A stretch of 64,000 bases of DNA from Eledone cirrhosa (taxonomy: Eukaryota): positions 92,690,001-92,754,000 of the forward strand of contig OZ024741.1 of NCBI GenBank assembly GCA_964016885.1, written 5' to 3'. Position 1 is the stretch's first letter. Every line of letters starts with the position of its first letter. Position numbers and translations under genes: made by a program. A model generated the notes under the pieces. It did not search any database. It was given only the letters and a program-made list of their open reading frames with translations, and was not told the DNA's origin. Positions 25,901 to 37,259 of the stretch are shown piece after piece.

Positions 25901-26667
25901 AATAATATCCATAATAATAATAATGAGTATAAATCGAAGTATAAATCGAAGAGATACCAATCGAAATATTTGAGGTAATCACGAAAGCACTCGACGGTGT
26001 GAAAAGTTAATATGCTTTCACCCAGAGTAAACAAAAAAGTTAATAAAGTGTGACATCAATAATAAAGCTACCAAAAGCATGTTGGCATAATACAACAACA
26101 GCTATCTATACAAACAGGTCGAACACTAACCTGGACAATCGCGAAAGGACATGAGTCGATAAAAAATCTTCGATAGGTTTCTGGGATTACGGGAGGATAC
26201 ACCACGGGTTGCATAATGTATATGCAAGTCATAGATGCATATTTTGATAGAACAAGAATATGTCTTTGTCGGCAGGTTTTAGTTTCGGAATATCTGACTT
26301 GGTCCGGTCGCTAGAAGATACTGTGGCACTCTACAGTTGCAGTAATTTCGCAAGTGTGATCACGTGACTTTTCAAAACAGAGGAATGTCAAATCGGTCGA
26401 ACTTTTGGCGGGTAAATTCAACGTGTAAAAAAAAGATTTTTTCACAGTCTCAAAGAATTTCTCAACTAGCTTTACAGACAATCAATTAAATATTTAGTAA
26501 TATGAAATAGGAGAAAAAATAATAATAATGGATATAAATCGAAGCTGCAGTCGCATTATAGCAGATACCAATCGAATTGTTTGAGGCAGTCACGAAAGCG
26601 CTTAACGGTGTGAAAAATAAATACGTTTTCACCCAGAATAAACATATATATATATATATTGTTATAC

Positions 26668-27215
26668 TTGGGGAGGGTCATATTGTTGTAATAATATTGC
26701 CAGAATTAATAACAGAACATACTCACTGTTTGGTTGGTTTTCGCTTCTGTATCTTTTATATCAGTTAATTTATTCGGTCCTCAATGTTAACCATTGACTG
26801 ATCAATGGTAAAAAATACAGATATAATATAGACACAAACACATATATATAGTCTAACAAATTTCTTTCGTTGCACATCTGCAACATCGTCAGTGGTGCTA
26901 TTATGTTTCCTCCTGTTGTATTGTATGTCTACGCCATCTTTATTTATTTTCTGGGCATACAATACAACAGGAGGAAACATAATAGCACCATTGACGATGT
27001 TGCAGATGTGCAACGAAAGAACTTTGTTAGACTATATATATGTGTTTCTATCTATATTATATCTGTATTTTTGACCGTTGGTCAGTCAATGGTAAACATT
27101 GAGGACCGAATAAATTAACTGATATAAAAGATACAGAAGCGAAACCCAACCAAACAGTGAGTATGTTCTGTTATTAATTCTGGCAATATTATTACAACAA
27201 TATGACCCTCCCCAA
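26668..27215. repeat. ~260-bp-arm inverted repeat with ~20-nt spacer
   Basis: Arms are near-identical reverse complements; each has an HHR-like motif (26857-26894 minus, 26989-27026 plus); flanked by (TA)n. Confidence 0.9.
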
Positions 27216-27259
27216 CAATATTTGTTTCGACACACGATTTCATATCAAAAACCTTGCAA

Positions 27260-27315
<56 letters not shown>

Positions 27316-27338
27316 TGTAATAAACAACTCAATATAAT

Positions 27339-27412
27339 TATTCCATTACTCAAGGTTTCACGAAGTTAGACGATTCTAACAGAAATGTCCGTTTCGTTCA
27401 TCAGATGAAATA
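27339..27412 (-). ncRNA. Type I hammerhead ribozyme
   Basis: Minus: tatttcat-CTGATGA-acgaa...gttaga atcg tctaac-ttcgt-GAAAC cttga GTA|atggaata; 8-bp helix I, GUA site. Confidence 0.75.
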
Positions 27413-28764
27413 TCTTTTTTATAGATATCCATAATAAAGATGTTTCATCAAGAATTGTTCACTGTGACATTAAACGGAAGCATGGTGACAGACCAGAGCC
27501 TACAGAGTTTGGTGATCAAACGGAGACAATATAGGATTTGTAAGACGTCTTCAGTCTGATTGAGAAGATGATAACCTCTCTAGTGCAGCAACACTAACAC
27601 TCTACAAGATATATTGGGTGCACCTATAAAGTGCACATAATACATCTTGTAAACTGTTAGTGATGGTGTCACGATGAAACCCACCAAGTTCATTCTGTAA
27701 AGTGATAGTGCTAGTGCCACGAAAAAAATGCATCTAATACACGCTGTAAACTGGTAGCATTGATGCCATGGAAAAATGCACCCTGTACAATCTGTAAGGT
27801 AGGTAGTGTCAAGAAGAGCATCCAGCTGTAGAAACCATGCCAACTATGGAACGTATCAGCAAGTTTAGGTAACTCCATGGTCATGTCATAGCTACCTCAG
27901 TAGCCGTGTAGAAACGCAAGACACTGATGTTTCAGGATATTTATCCATCTTTAGTGACATTTACTCACTCGGTGCTGGCACAAGAATGAGCTATAGCTTA
28001 TATAGATTGAGGGGTTGGTATTAATTATGAGTAGCACTAAAATAGCGTGGTTCATAATAAAGATGTATATGAAGAAATATACAATATGTTTATGTATAAT
28101 AAACATTCATAAGTCTCGCTATACATACAGACGTATATATATTTTGTTTGTCTTTTTATTTTCAAAAATAATTTTTTTAAGGCTTCTCCTTTAATAATTT
28201 TTATTTTTTATTTTGCCTTCTCTGTTAATTTTCCTAATTTTATTATTACTAGTCTGTGACGAACGTGTTCTATCTTCTCTCCACAATAATTTCAATGGAA
28301 TACATGTTTAATACTATATTTTACTTTCTTCTTCTTGCCTTTTCCCTTTCTTTTTCTTTTTTCTTTACCTCCTTTTTTTCGCAAGACTATCGTCTCCTTG
28401 TCGTCACATAGAACTTTTATGTGTACCTGTTATGGCTTACTTGCTATAAATTATTGTTTTGCCTTGTCTTTTACTCCACATTTTTTTACTCTACGATCAG
28501 CGCTTTGGTTGATGTCAGACGCTGTGACCCCGGGTAGGGGTCGAAACTGCCAGAAGTCCCTCTCGACAGCTGAAGACATTGGAGGTTTATTTTCAAAAAG
28601 ATTTTCTTAAGATTTCCACTTCAAAGATTTTTTTTTTCGTTTTGTCTTGTTTTCGTTCGTCGTCTTCTCTTTGTTAAATTTCCTAATTGTGTGAGTGTAT
28701 GTGTGTGTGCATATATATATATATATACAAACAGCATACACACATATTGATACACACACGCACT

Positions 28765-28806
<42 letters not shown>

Positions 28807-29157
28807 CACACACGCACACACATATATACATTTGTGTGTGCGTAAATGGAAAGAGATATATACAGTGACGTGGTGTATGTACATATGTGTGCGCAATATG
28901 TAAATAGAAATGTGTGTGTTATGAAATCGATGTAACATTTGGCAAGAGACCAGCTCTGAACGTTATTGGCATGAGGTGAGATATTTCTGTTTATAATGAT
29001 GCCTTTAGTCAGATCAAGAATTTCAAAGCATGCTTGTTTTGAAAAACTACAGGCGACTGCTCTGCCTTAGATCAATATGTGTGAATGTACATATCTATGA
29101 TCACTCACAGGCTCGCACAAACACACAATCACATACACATACACACACTGAAATATT

Positions 29158-29374
29158 GGTTTCTTATATAGGCACAAGGCCAGTGATTTTGGGGGAGGGG
29201 AAAGTCGATTTAATCGACCCCAGTGCGTGACTGGTACTTTATTTTATCGACCCCGTGAGGATGAAAGGCAAAGTTAACCTCGGCGGGATTTGAACTCAGA
29301 CCGTAAAGGGCCGTAACTCATTGCTGCAAAGCATGGCGTCCGACTCTCTACCGATACTGCCAATCCACCGCCCT
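29158..29374 (-). mobile_element. tRNA-derived SINE, full length, with TSD
   Basis: Dominant family; flanked by direct repeat acacacactgaaatatt. Confidence 0.9.
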
Positions 29375-29631
29375 ACACACACTGAAATATTCATACGTGT
29401 ATGTGTGTGTGTGTGTATGTATTTATGTATGTATGCATGTATGTATATATATATATATATGCATTTATGCATGCATGTATATGTAACGTATATGTGTTTG
29501 TAAATGTAAGCATGTATATAGTATATATATTTATGTATGCATGTGTGTATGTATGTATGCAAGTATGCATGCGTGTAAGTATGTATGTATGTATAAATGC
29601 ATGAGTATATGTATATATACATACATATATG

Positions 29632-29800
29632 ATGATGGCTGCCCCTCGTTATCGAGAATGGCCATTGCACGAGAAAAAAAAAATAAAATAAAATAAAATA
29701 ATAATAATAATAATAACAACAATAATAATAACGACAACAACAACAATAATAATATACATATACATATATATATACACACACGCACACACATAAACATATC

Positions 29801-29847
<47 letters not shown>

Positions 29848-30378
29848 TAGCAACTAACAGCGCTGCGATCGAATGTGGCTTTTTAGCCCAGCCAATGATC
29901 TAAAATGTCTTGCACAGAGTCGGCAACCAAAACATTGACTGGGAATAGTCGGCTGTGGTTAGAGTTCATGTACTTTTGCATGTCGCTTGAGCCTTCCTGT
30001 TGATTTACATTCTCTACCACATGTTTGGCAAGCATGATGAGTAGCATATCCAACAGCAGCCTGGTAGTCAACCACTGGTCTTACTTTATGACTGCGAAGT
30101 TGACTTTCGAGTCCAGCTTTGCTTAGGCAGAGTCTCGCACAGACGCTGCATGTCAGCACCATAGGAGGACCCTCGCCGTCTGGAAGTGCAACAGCAATGC
30201 CCTTCCTCACGTCCCGCTTTACTTTCTCGTATGCGATTCGAGATGCCTCAAAGGCAACTTTTCCCTCATATACAGTCTTTCTCCATTTATTACGATCAGC
30301 AGCAATATTTTCCCATGTATCAGCAGAGATGTTAGCGTCTTTCAAAGAGGCTTTCAAGGAATCCTTATACCTCTTTTT
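29632..30378 (-). mobile_element. RTE/BovB-like LINE 3' end with zinc fingers
   Basis: KKRYKDSLKASLK..DTWENIAADRNKWR, CSVCARLCLSKAGLES, CQTCGREC. Confidence 0.85.
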
Positions 30379-30417
30379 TATATACATATATACATATATA
30401 CATACATATATACATAC

Positions 30418-30454
<37 letters not shown>

Positions 30455-30700
30455 TATATACACACATACATACATTCATATATACATGCATACATGCATA
30501 CATATATACATGCATACATACATGCATATGTACATGTACGTATGCATGTATGTATATATGTATGCATGCATGCATGTATGTATGTATATATGTATGCAGG
30601 CATGCATACATATATACATACATGCATACGTACATGTACATATGCATGTATGTATGTATGCATGTATATATGTATGCATGTATATATATGAATGTATGTA

Positions 30701-30743
<43 letters not shown>

Positions 30744-30871
30744 GTATGTATATATGTATGTATATATGTATATATGTATGTATATATACATACACTCATG
30801 CATTTATACATACATACTTACACGTATGCATACTTGCATATGCATGTATATATGTATGCAGGCATGTATGA

Positions 30872-30931
<60 letters not shown>
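30379..30931. repeat. Compound (TA)/(TATG)/(CATA) microsatellite
   Basis: Direct inspection. Confidence 0.95.
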
Positions 30932-30935
<4 letters not shown>

Positions 30936-31610
30936 GGAATAGAATGAAACGAAATTTCATTTCTCACTCTTAGTACGGCAGTTACTTAAATGAAAGTATG
31001 TATGTATGTATACGTACATATATATATATATACAGACGTACAGTATTATGTATATATATATATACATACATGCACACATATATATATGCACGTATCGGTT
31101 TACTGAACATTTATTATAATGCTCGGTTTGTTTGTAAACAAACAAACAGCCCGAATTACGCCGTAGATTGTTTAGGCGACCACGTCACCTTTTTGTTCAA
31201 CACTGATACAGGAACGATGTACTAGTTTCAAGCTTATTAGCTATCGTCAGCATCGTATACCGTCCTGCCAGATGGTTGAACGTCTGAAAGTATATACTTT
31301 CCTTATGCATATTAACGGCTGAACAGCCTAATTTGAATATCGAGTGAGTTTAGTCGGCCGGGCGCACCGAAAACGATAAATGGAATAGAATGAAACGAAA
31401 TTTCATTTCTCACTCTTAGTACGGCAGTTACTTAAATGTAAGTATGTATGTATGTATACGTACATACATATATGTATATAGACGTACAGTAGTATGTATA
31501 TATATACATACATGCACACATATATATGCTCGTATCGATTGGTTGAACGTCTGAAAGTATATACTTTCCTTATGCATATTAACGACTGAGCAGCCTAATT
31601 TGCATATGCG
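30931..31610 (-). mobile_element. 447-bp HHR-bearing unit plus internally deleted second copy
   Basis: taaatggaatagaatgaaacg... at 30931 and 31378; second copy lacks the ribozyme-containing middle; related piece at ~61330-61480. Confidence 0.75.
31214..31256 (-). ncRNA. Minimal type I hammerhead with palindromic helix III
   Basis: Minus: acgatg-CTGACGA-t agct aata agct t-GAAACTAGTA|catcgt; helix I perfect, ACTAGT palindrome, GUA site; U-U at base of helix II. Confidence 0.75.
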
Positions 31611-31828
31611 TGCGTATGTGTGTGTGTATGCATGTAAATATTTATGTATATATGTCTGTGTGTGTGTTTACGTATGCATGCTTGAAATATATACATATGC
31701 ATATATGTGTGTCAGTACGAGTGGCTATCCATCTTTATAGAAACGCATGCTAATTATCCTTCTTATTAAAAGTGGTAAATATGGTATTCATCAATGAATA
31801 TACAGTGATGAGTTATGCCTCAAACGTA

Positions 31829-31892
<64 letters not shown>

Positions 31893-31909
31893 AGAATACA
31901 AAGGGTGTG

Positions 31910-31987
31910 TATGTGTGTATGCACAAAAGAAAGAGAGAGAGAGTTTGTGTGTCATATATGTGTGAGTGTCTTTGTACGAATCACAAA

Positions 31988-32062
<75 letters not shown>

Positions 32063-32186
32063 ATGTTTAACCCCGGCGGCAGAGCTCAAGCCGTTTCGAC
32101 GGCTATTTCTGTGTATGCACAAAAGAAAGAGAGAGAAAGTTTGTGTGCCATATATGCGTGAGTGTCTTTGTACGAATCACAAATGC

Positions 32187-32219
<33 letters not shown>

Positions 32220-32340
32220 GGAAAATGTTCAACCCCGGCGGCAGAGCTCAAGCCGTTTCGACGGCTATTTATGTGTATGCACAAAAGAAAGAGAGAGAAA
32301 GTTTGCGTGAGTGTCTTTGTACGAATCACAAAGGCATATA
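31910..32340. repeat. Tandem ~160-200 bp units with variable (TA)n spacer
   Basis: gtgtatgcacaaaagaaagagagag...gaatcacaaa x3; two units carry the arm sequence of the 34442 hairpin. Confidence 0.85.
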
Positions 32341-32609
32341 TATATATATATATATAAATGAGAGGTATAGAGATTGTTTTAGCAAGAAGCTAACGGCATT
32401 CTATAACATATATGCGACTATAACGTCAAGATGGGAAAAGTAGTTAACGAAAGATTTAGGAAAAATAACTCAAACTCATCTCAAAAGAGAATCAGGATAT
32501 AAATTCATCCACAGAATTTAGTAAAATCCAGGGAAAAATCTATAGACCTTTAACTCATGATAAAATAAAGTTTGAAACACTTATCCTTCAATTTGGAATA
32601 ACATCAAAT

Positions 32610-32690
32610 GCTCTGTATAGTCTTAAAAGACTATTTCATGAAAACTTTCAGTGGAGATGGTCACGGTTGGATTTCATTCATCAGCGGAGC
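32610..32690 (-). ncRNA. Type I hammerhead ribozyme, unit 1
   Basis: Minus: gctccg-CTGATGA-atgaaa(28 nt)tttcat-GAAATAGTCT ttta AGACTATA|cagagc; one C-A mismatch in helix I. Confidence 0.8.
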
Positions 32691-33239
32691 TCAACAGAAA
32701 ACCAGGGCTCTCACAGTAATATAATCCGAAAAAGGGAATTCTAAAACTGGCTAGTTCGCCTTCATGTGTAATTATGAAAAAGCACATGAGGAAAAAACGG
32801 GGCTAGTGACGTCAGGATGGAAGTGAATGTTTATTTACAAGAAATAGCAGTCAAATACATTCTGAAAAAAACTCTACAAAAGGAGTTCAGCAAAATAGCA
32901 ATAATTATCACAGTTTTTATGAAAAAAACCGGGATTAGTCACAGATAGTTTAAGCACTCTAGGAAAAGAATCCGAGTATAAATATAAATGAGAAGTATAG
33001 AGATTGTTTTAGCAAGAAGCTAACGGCATTCTATAACATATATGCGACTATAACGTCAAGATGGGAAAAGTAGTTAACGAAAGATTTAGGAAAAATAACT
33101 CAAACTCATCTCAAAAGAGAATCAGGATATAAATTCATCCACAGAATTTAGTAAAATCCAGGGAAAAATCTATAGACCTTTAACTCATGATAAAATAAAG
33201 TTTGAAACACTTATCCTTCAATTTGGAATAACATCAAAT

Positions 33240-33320
33240 GCTCTGTATAGTCTTAAAAGACTATTTCATGAAAACTTTCAGTGGAGATGGTCACGGTTGG
33301 ATTTCATTCATCAGCGGAGC
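33240..33320 (-). ncRNA. Type I hammerhead ribozyme, unit 2
   Basis: Identical to unit 1 motif. Confidence 0.8.
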
Positions 33321-33869
33321 TCAACAGAAAACCAGGGCTCTCACAGTAATATAATCCGAAAAAGGGAATTCTAAAACTGGCTAGTTCGCCTTCATGTGTA
33401 ATTATGAAAAAGCACATGAGGAAAAAACGGGGCTAGTGACGTCAGGATGGAAGTGAATGTTTATTTACAAGAAATAGCAGTCAAATACATTCTGAAAAAA
33501 ACTCTACAAAAGGAGTTCAGCAAAATAGCAATAATTATCACAGTTTTTATGAAAAAAACCGGGATTAGTCACAGATAGTTTAAGCACTCTAGGAAAAGAA
33601 TCCGAGTATAAATATAAATGAGAGGTATTGAGATTGTTTTAGCAAGAAGCTAACGGCATTCTATAACATATATGCGACTATAACGTCAAGATGGGAAAAG
33701 TAGTTAACGAAAGATTTAGGAAAAGTAACTCAAACTCATCTCAAAAGAGAATCAGGATATAAATTCATCCACAGAATTTAGTAAAATCCAGGGAAAAATC
33801 TATAGACCTTTAACTCATGATAAAATAAAGTTTGAAACACTTATCCTTCAATTTGGAATAACATCAAAT

Positions 33870-33950
33870 GCTCTGTATAGTCTTAAAAGACTATTTCATG
33901 AAAACTTTCAGTGGAGATGGTCACGGTTGGATTTCATTCATCAGCAGAGC
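33870..33950 (-). ncRNA. Type I hammerhead ribozyme, unit 3 (perfect helix I)
   Basis: SNP at 33946 gives gctctg/cagagc fully paired; full core, 6-bp helix II, 7-8 bp helix III, AUA site. Confidence 0.85.
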
Positions 33951-34339
33951 TCAACAGAAAACCAGGGCTCTCACAGTAATATAATCCGAAAAAGGGAATT
34001 CTAAAACTGGCTAGTTCGCCTTCATGTGTAATTATGAAAAAGCACATGAGGAAAAAACGGGGCTAGTGGCGTCAGGATGGAAGTGAATGTTTATTTACAA
34101 GAAATAGCAGTCAAATACATTCTGAAAAAAACTCTACAAAAGGAGTTCAGCAAAATAGCAATAATTATCACAGTTTTTATGAAAAAAACCGGGATTAGTC
34201 ACAGATAGTTTAAGCACTCTAGGAAAAGAATCCGAGTATAAATATAAATGAGAGGTATAGAGATTGTTTTAGCAAGAAGCTAACGGCATTCTATAACATA
34301 TATGCGACTATAACGCCAAGATGGGAAAAGTATATATAT

Positions 34340-34576
<237 letters not shown>

Positions 34577-34833
34577 TACCTACTCTACTACCTTAAGTAT
34601 TGAGTACTCTGGTGCGTTATGGTCCATCTGGTTCCTTACCACACCTCCTTCGTTTTATATATATATATATAATATAATATAATATAATATAATATAGAAA
34701 TGGTTTCTACAGGACTAGATCTGTTTCATTCGAAGGAAATCATCATGAAAAATGTATACTCTGTTATGTATTAAGTTCCTTACTTACTGTGGTTACTCCC
34801 GATTGAACCCGGGACTTGCACACATACACACAC

Positions 34834-34915
<82 letters not shown>

Positions 34916-35174
34916 TCATATGTGTGCGTTTCCATATATATGTGTGTGTATGTATGTGCATGTGTGTGTATGTATGTGTATGTGTGTGTGTGTGTCTAAT
35001 GACTCCATAAACAGCATGTGTCCTTCATTTAGTGCATGTTTCAAATGTTTATCAAACCTATAAACTGCATTTATAAGTGCGCGCGCGTGGAGATAGATAG
35101 GGAAGAAGAAAGCGAGAGTGAGAGAGAGAGGAGGGGGATTAGATAGATAGTTTAGATAGATAGATAGATAGTAG

Positions 35175-35222
35175 ATAGATATGTTCCTTTATTAGCCACA
35201 GGGGCACAAAAGATAGATAGAC

Positions 35223-35266
<44 letters not shown>

Positions 35267-35365
35267 TTCTTTATTTGCCACAATGGCGCACAAGAAAATG
35301 GGACAATACAAGGATACATGCCAGGGAGTTTACATACAGTCGTGTAAAAGTATTGATAGATATGT
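35175..35365 (-). mobile_element. Two Tx1-family 3' tails inside (GATA)n
   Basis: Reverse complement of ttttgtgccc..gtggctaataaagaaa(tatc)n seen at ~53210, 56195 and 58140. Confidence 0.7.
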
Positions 35366-35366
35366 A

Positions 35367-35443
<77 letters not shown>

Positions 35444-36386
35444 TTGTAATAAATTCACATTTATTTAGCATAGAGAGATACGAAGAGAAAGTAAAAGAGG
35501 GAGTGAGATAACCTAAATAGATATATCACAACATAGCACAATATATGCATGTTGCATGCGTGCATATGCACGTGTGCAACTTAAAATATAAATATTGTTT
35601 TCATCTCGCACAGTTTTATTTTCTTTCGTTGTTCACATTGTCAACAACAGCAACAACAACAACAACAATAATGATAAATAGTAATAATACTAATAATAAA
35701 TGATGATAATGTAGTTTATGTCTTAAATTATTATCATATCTTTTATTTTATTTATTTATGCATTTGCCACAAGGGCGATAGATGAAAATAACATTGCGTA
35801 ATGATGATGATGATGATAATAATAATAATAATAATGATGATAGTAATAATAATAATTCTATATAATTAAAATAACACAGAATTTCTCAATATTTATCTAC
35901 AACAAAAAATATAACAATGTAAGAAATACAACGAAGCTAGGAAGGAAACAAAACAAGCAACACGCCATCACATGACTTAGATGTTCATAAATATGTAACA
36001 CATTTTTGCTATTTGTTTTGTTTTTGTATTTCTTTTGGTGGTGGTGGTGGTGGTGTCGTTGTTGTTGTGGTTGTCGTCGTCATTGTTGTTGTTGTTGTTT
36101 TTCAGCATGACCCAGACAATTCTAATGCCATGTCAATTTTTAATAAATTCCTGCAGAATCACATCAATGTTATATTGTTCAGTCATTCAAAACGAATGAA
36201 GTCTGCCGCTAAATCATAGATTGGAAGAATGAAAAAAATATTTTCAAAGCGAAAGAATCGAAGCGTAAAATAAATAAATAAATAAAAACATTCTCTGGTG
36301 ACGAATCTGGTTGTAACAATATACTTACAGCCTAGATGGGTGCAGAAAGCAGAAGAAAAAATCGATCTTCAGTTTTAGGGCCTTAC

Positions 36387-36607
36387 ATTATAGCATGAAG
36401 GTCGATTCCAGTGTGTGTATATATGTGAGGCAATCCAAGTTGGTTGTACAACGGTCAGCTGTTTACACCACGCCACTGCAGCAGGCGTTAGTACGTACAA
36501 ATAATCGTCGTCGTTAATCGAGGAGGATCTCTCTCTGTTGTAATGTGGAGATAGATTGATTTGTACGGATGTTTTAACTTGGTTTGCTGCATGGCTGCAG
36601 TAACTCT
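36387..36607 (-). CDS. Candidate exon, product unknown
   Basis: atatttccag|AG...AAT|gtaagg; open frame ESYCSHAANQ...DDDYLYVLTPAAVAWCKQ...CYN; unique, GC-richer sequence. Confidence 0.3.
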
Positions 36608-37259
36608 CTGGAAATATGCAGCGGATGACGAAGTTCGGGGGATTGGTTGGTTGGTTGACTGGTTGGCTGGTTGGTGGAGAAATTCGATGAAAGAAGTTCA
36701 AATCCTTGCTGAGCGTTGTCTGGAATATGTATTTCAATTTTCAAACATTTTAACTATATTTCATAAAATAAAGTACCAGTAATGCACTGGGTAATTGCTG
36801 GCCTTGTGCCAAAAGTAGAAACAATTAATATTAAATCATTTCCGAAGATTGGCATTTGGAATTGTTTGTGTCACATACTCTCTAAGCTTTCCAGTCATTT
36901 TTTTTGCGCTTTTTATGTATGTATGTATATATATGTGTGTGTGTATGTGTGTGTATGTGCATGTATCTATGATGTCTGTATGTAAGTATGTGTGTACTTA
37001 TGCATATTTGTATGTTCGTATGTATATGTCAGGGGCGAAGGGTTTATGTATGCAACGCATGCCTTACTTTTTTTTTCCAGGATAAATAATTTTTGTTATA
37101 TAAAATTATTTATTGATGATTTTCATTATCCTCATTGCACCCGTGAATTCTTTTTTTTTTTTTTTTACATCTCGTTCCTTCATTTCTTAAGATAAATTGT
37201 AAACAAGCAATATTATTGAATAAAGAAGTATAAACAAATTTTTCGAAGAGATGAAGAAT

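Larger units (their letters stand above)
32352..34332 (-). mobile_element. Tandem array of 630-bp HHR-containing units (3 full + ~90 bp): retrozyme / Penelope pLTR-like
   Basis: Period exactly 630 (aaatgag at 32356, 32986, 33616, 34246), only a few SNPs, no ORF, (TA)n on both sides, one HHR per unit. Confidence 0.85.

Noticed and set aside
26765-27118. Two near-identical 82-aa ORFs on opposite strands
   Set aside because: Consequence of the palindrome; no start context or protein features
27430-27565. Minus-strand CTGAAGA...GAAACATC
   Set aside because: Helices do not pair convincingly
28515-28580. gacccc/ggggtc-GAAAC hairpin and a nearby CTGAAGA
   Set aside because: Core elements are incomplete or in the wrong order and no helix I pairing was found
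31910-32340. Repeat-spacer pattern resembling CRISPR
   Set aside because: Spacers are (TA)n, units too long, eukaryotic context, no cas genes
34705-34755. Minus-strand ATGATGA...GAAACagatctaGTC
   Set aside because: C3 missing, helices I and II poorly paired; at most a relic
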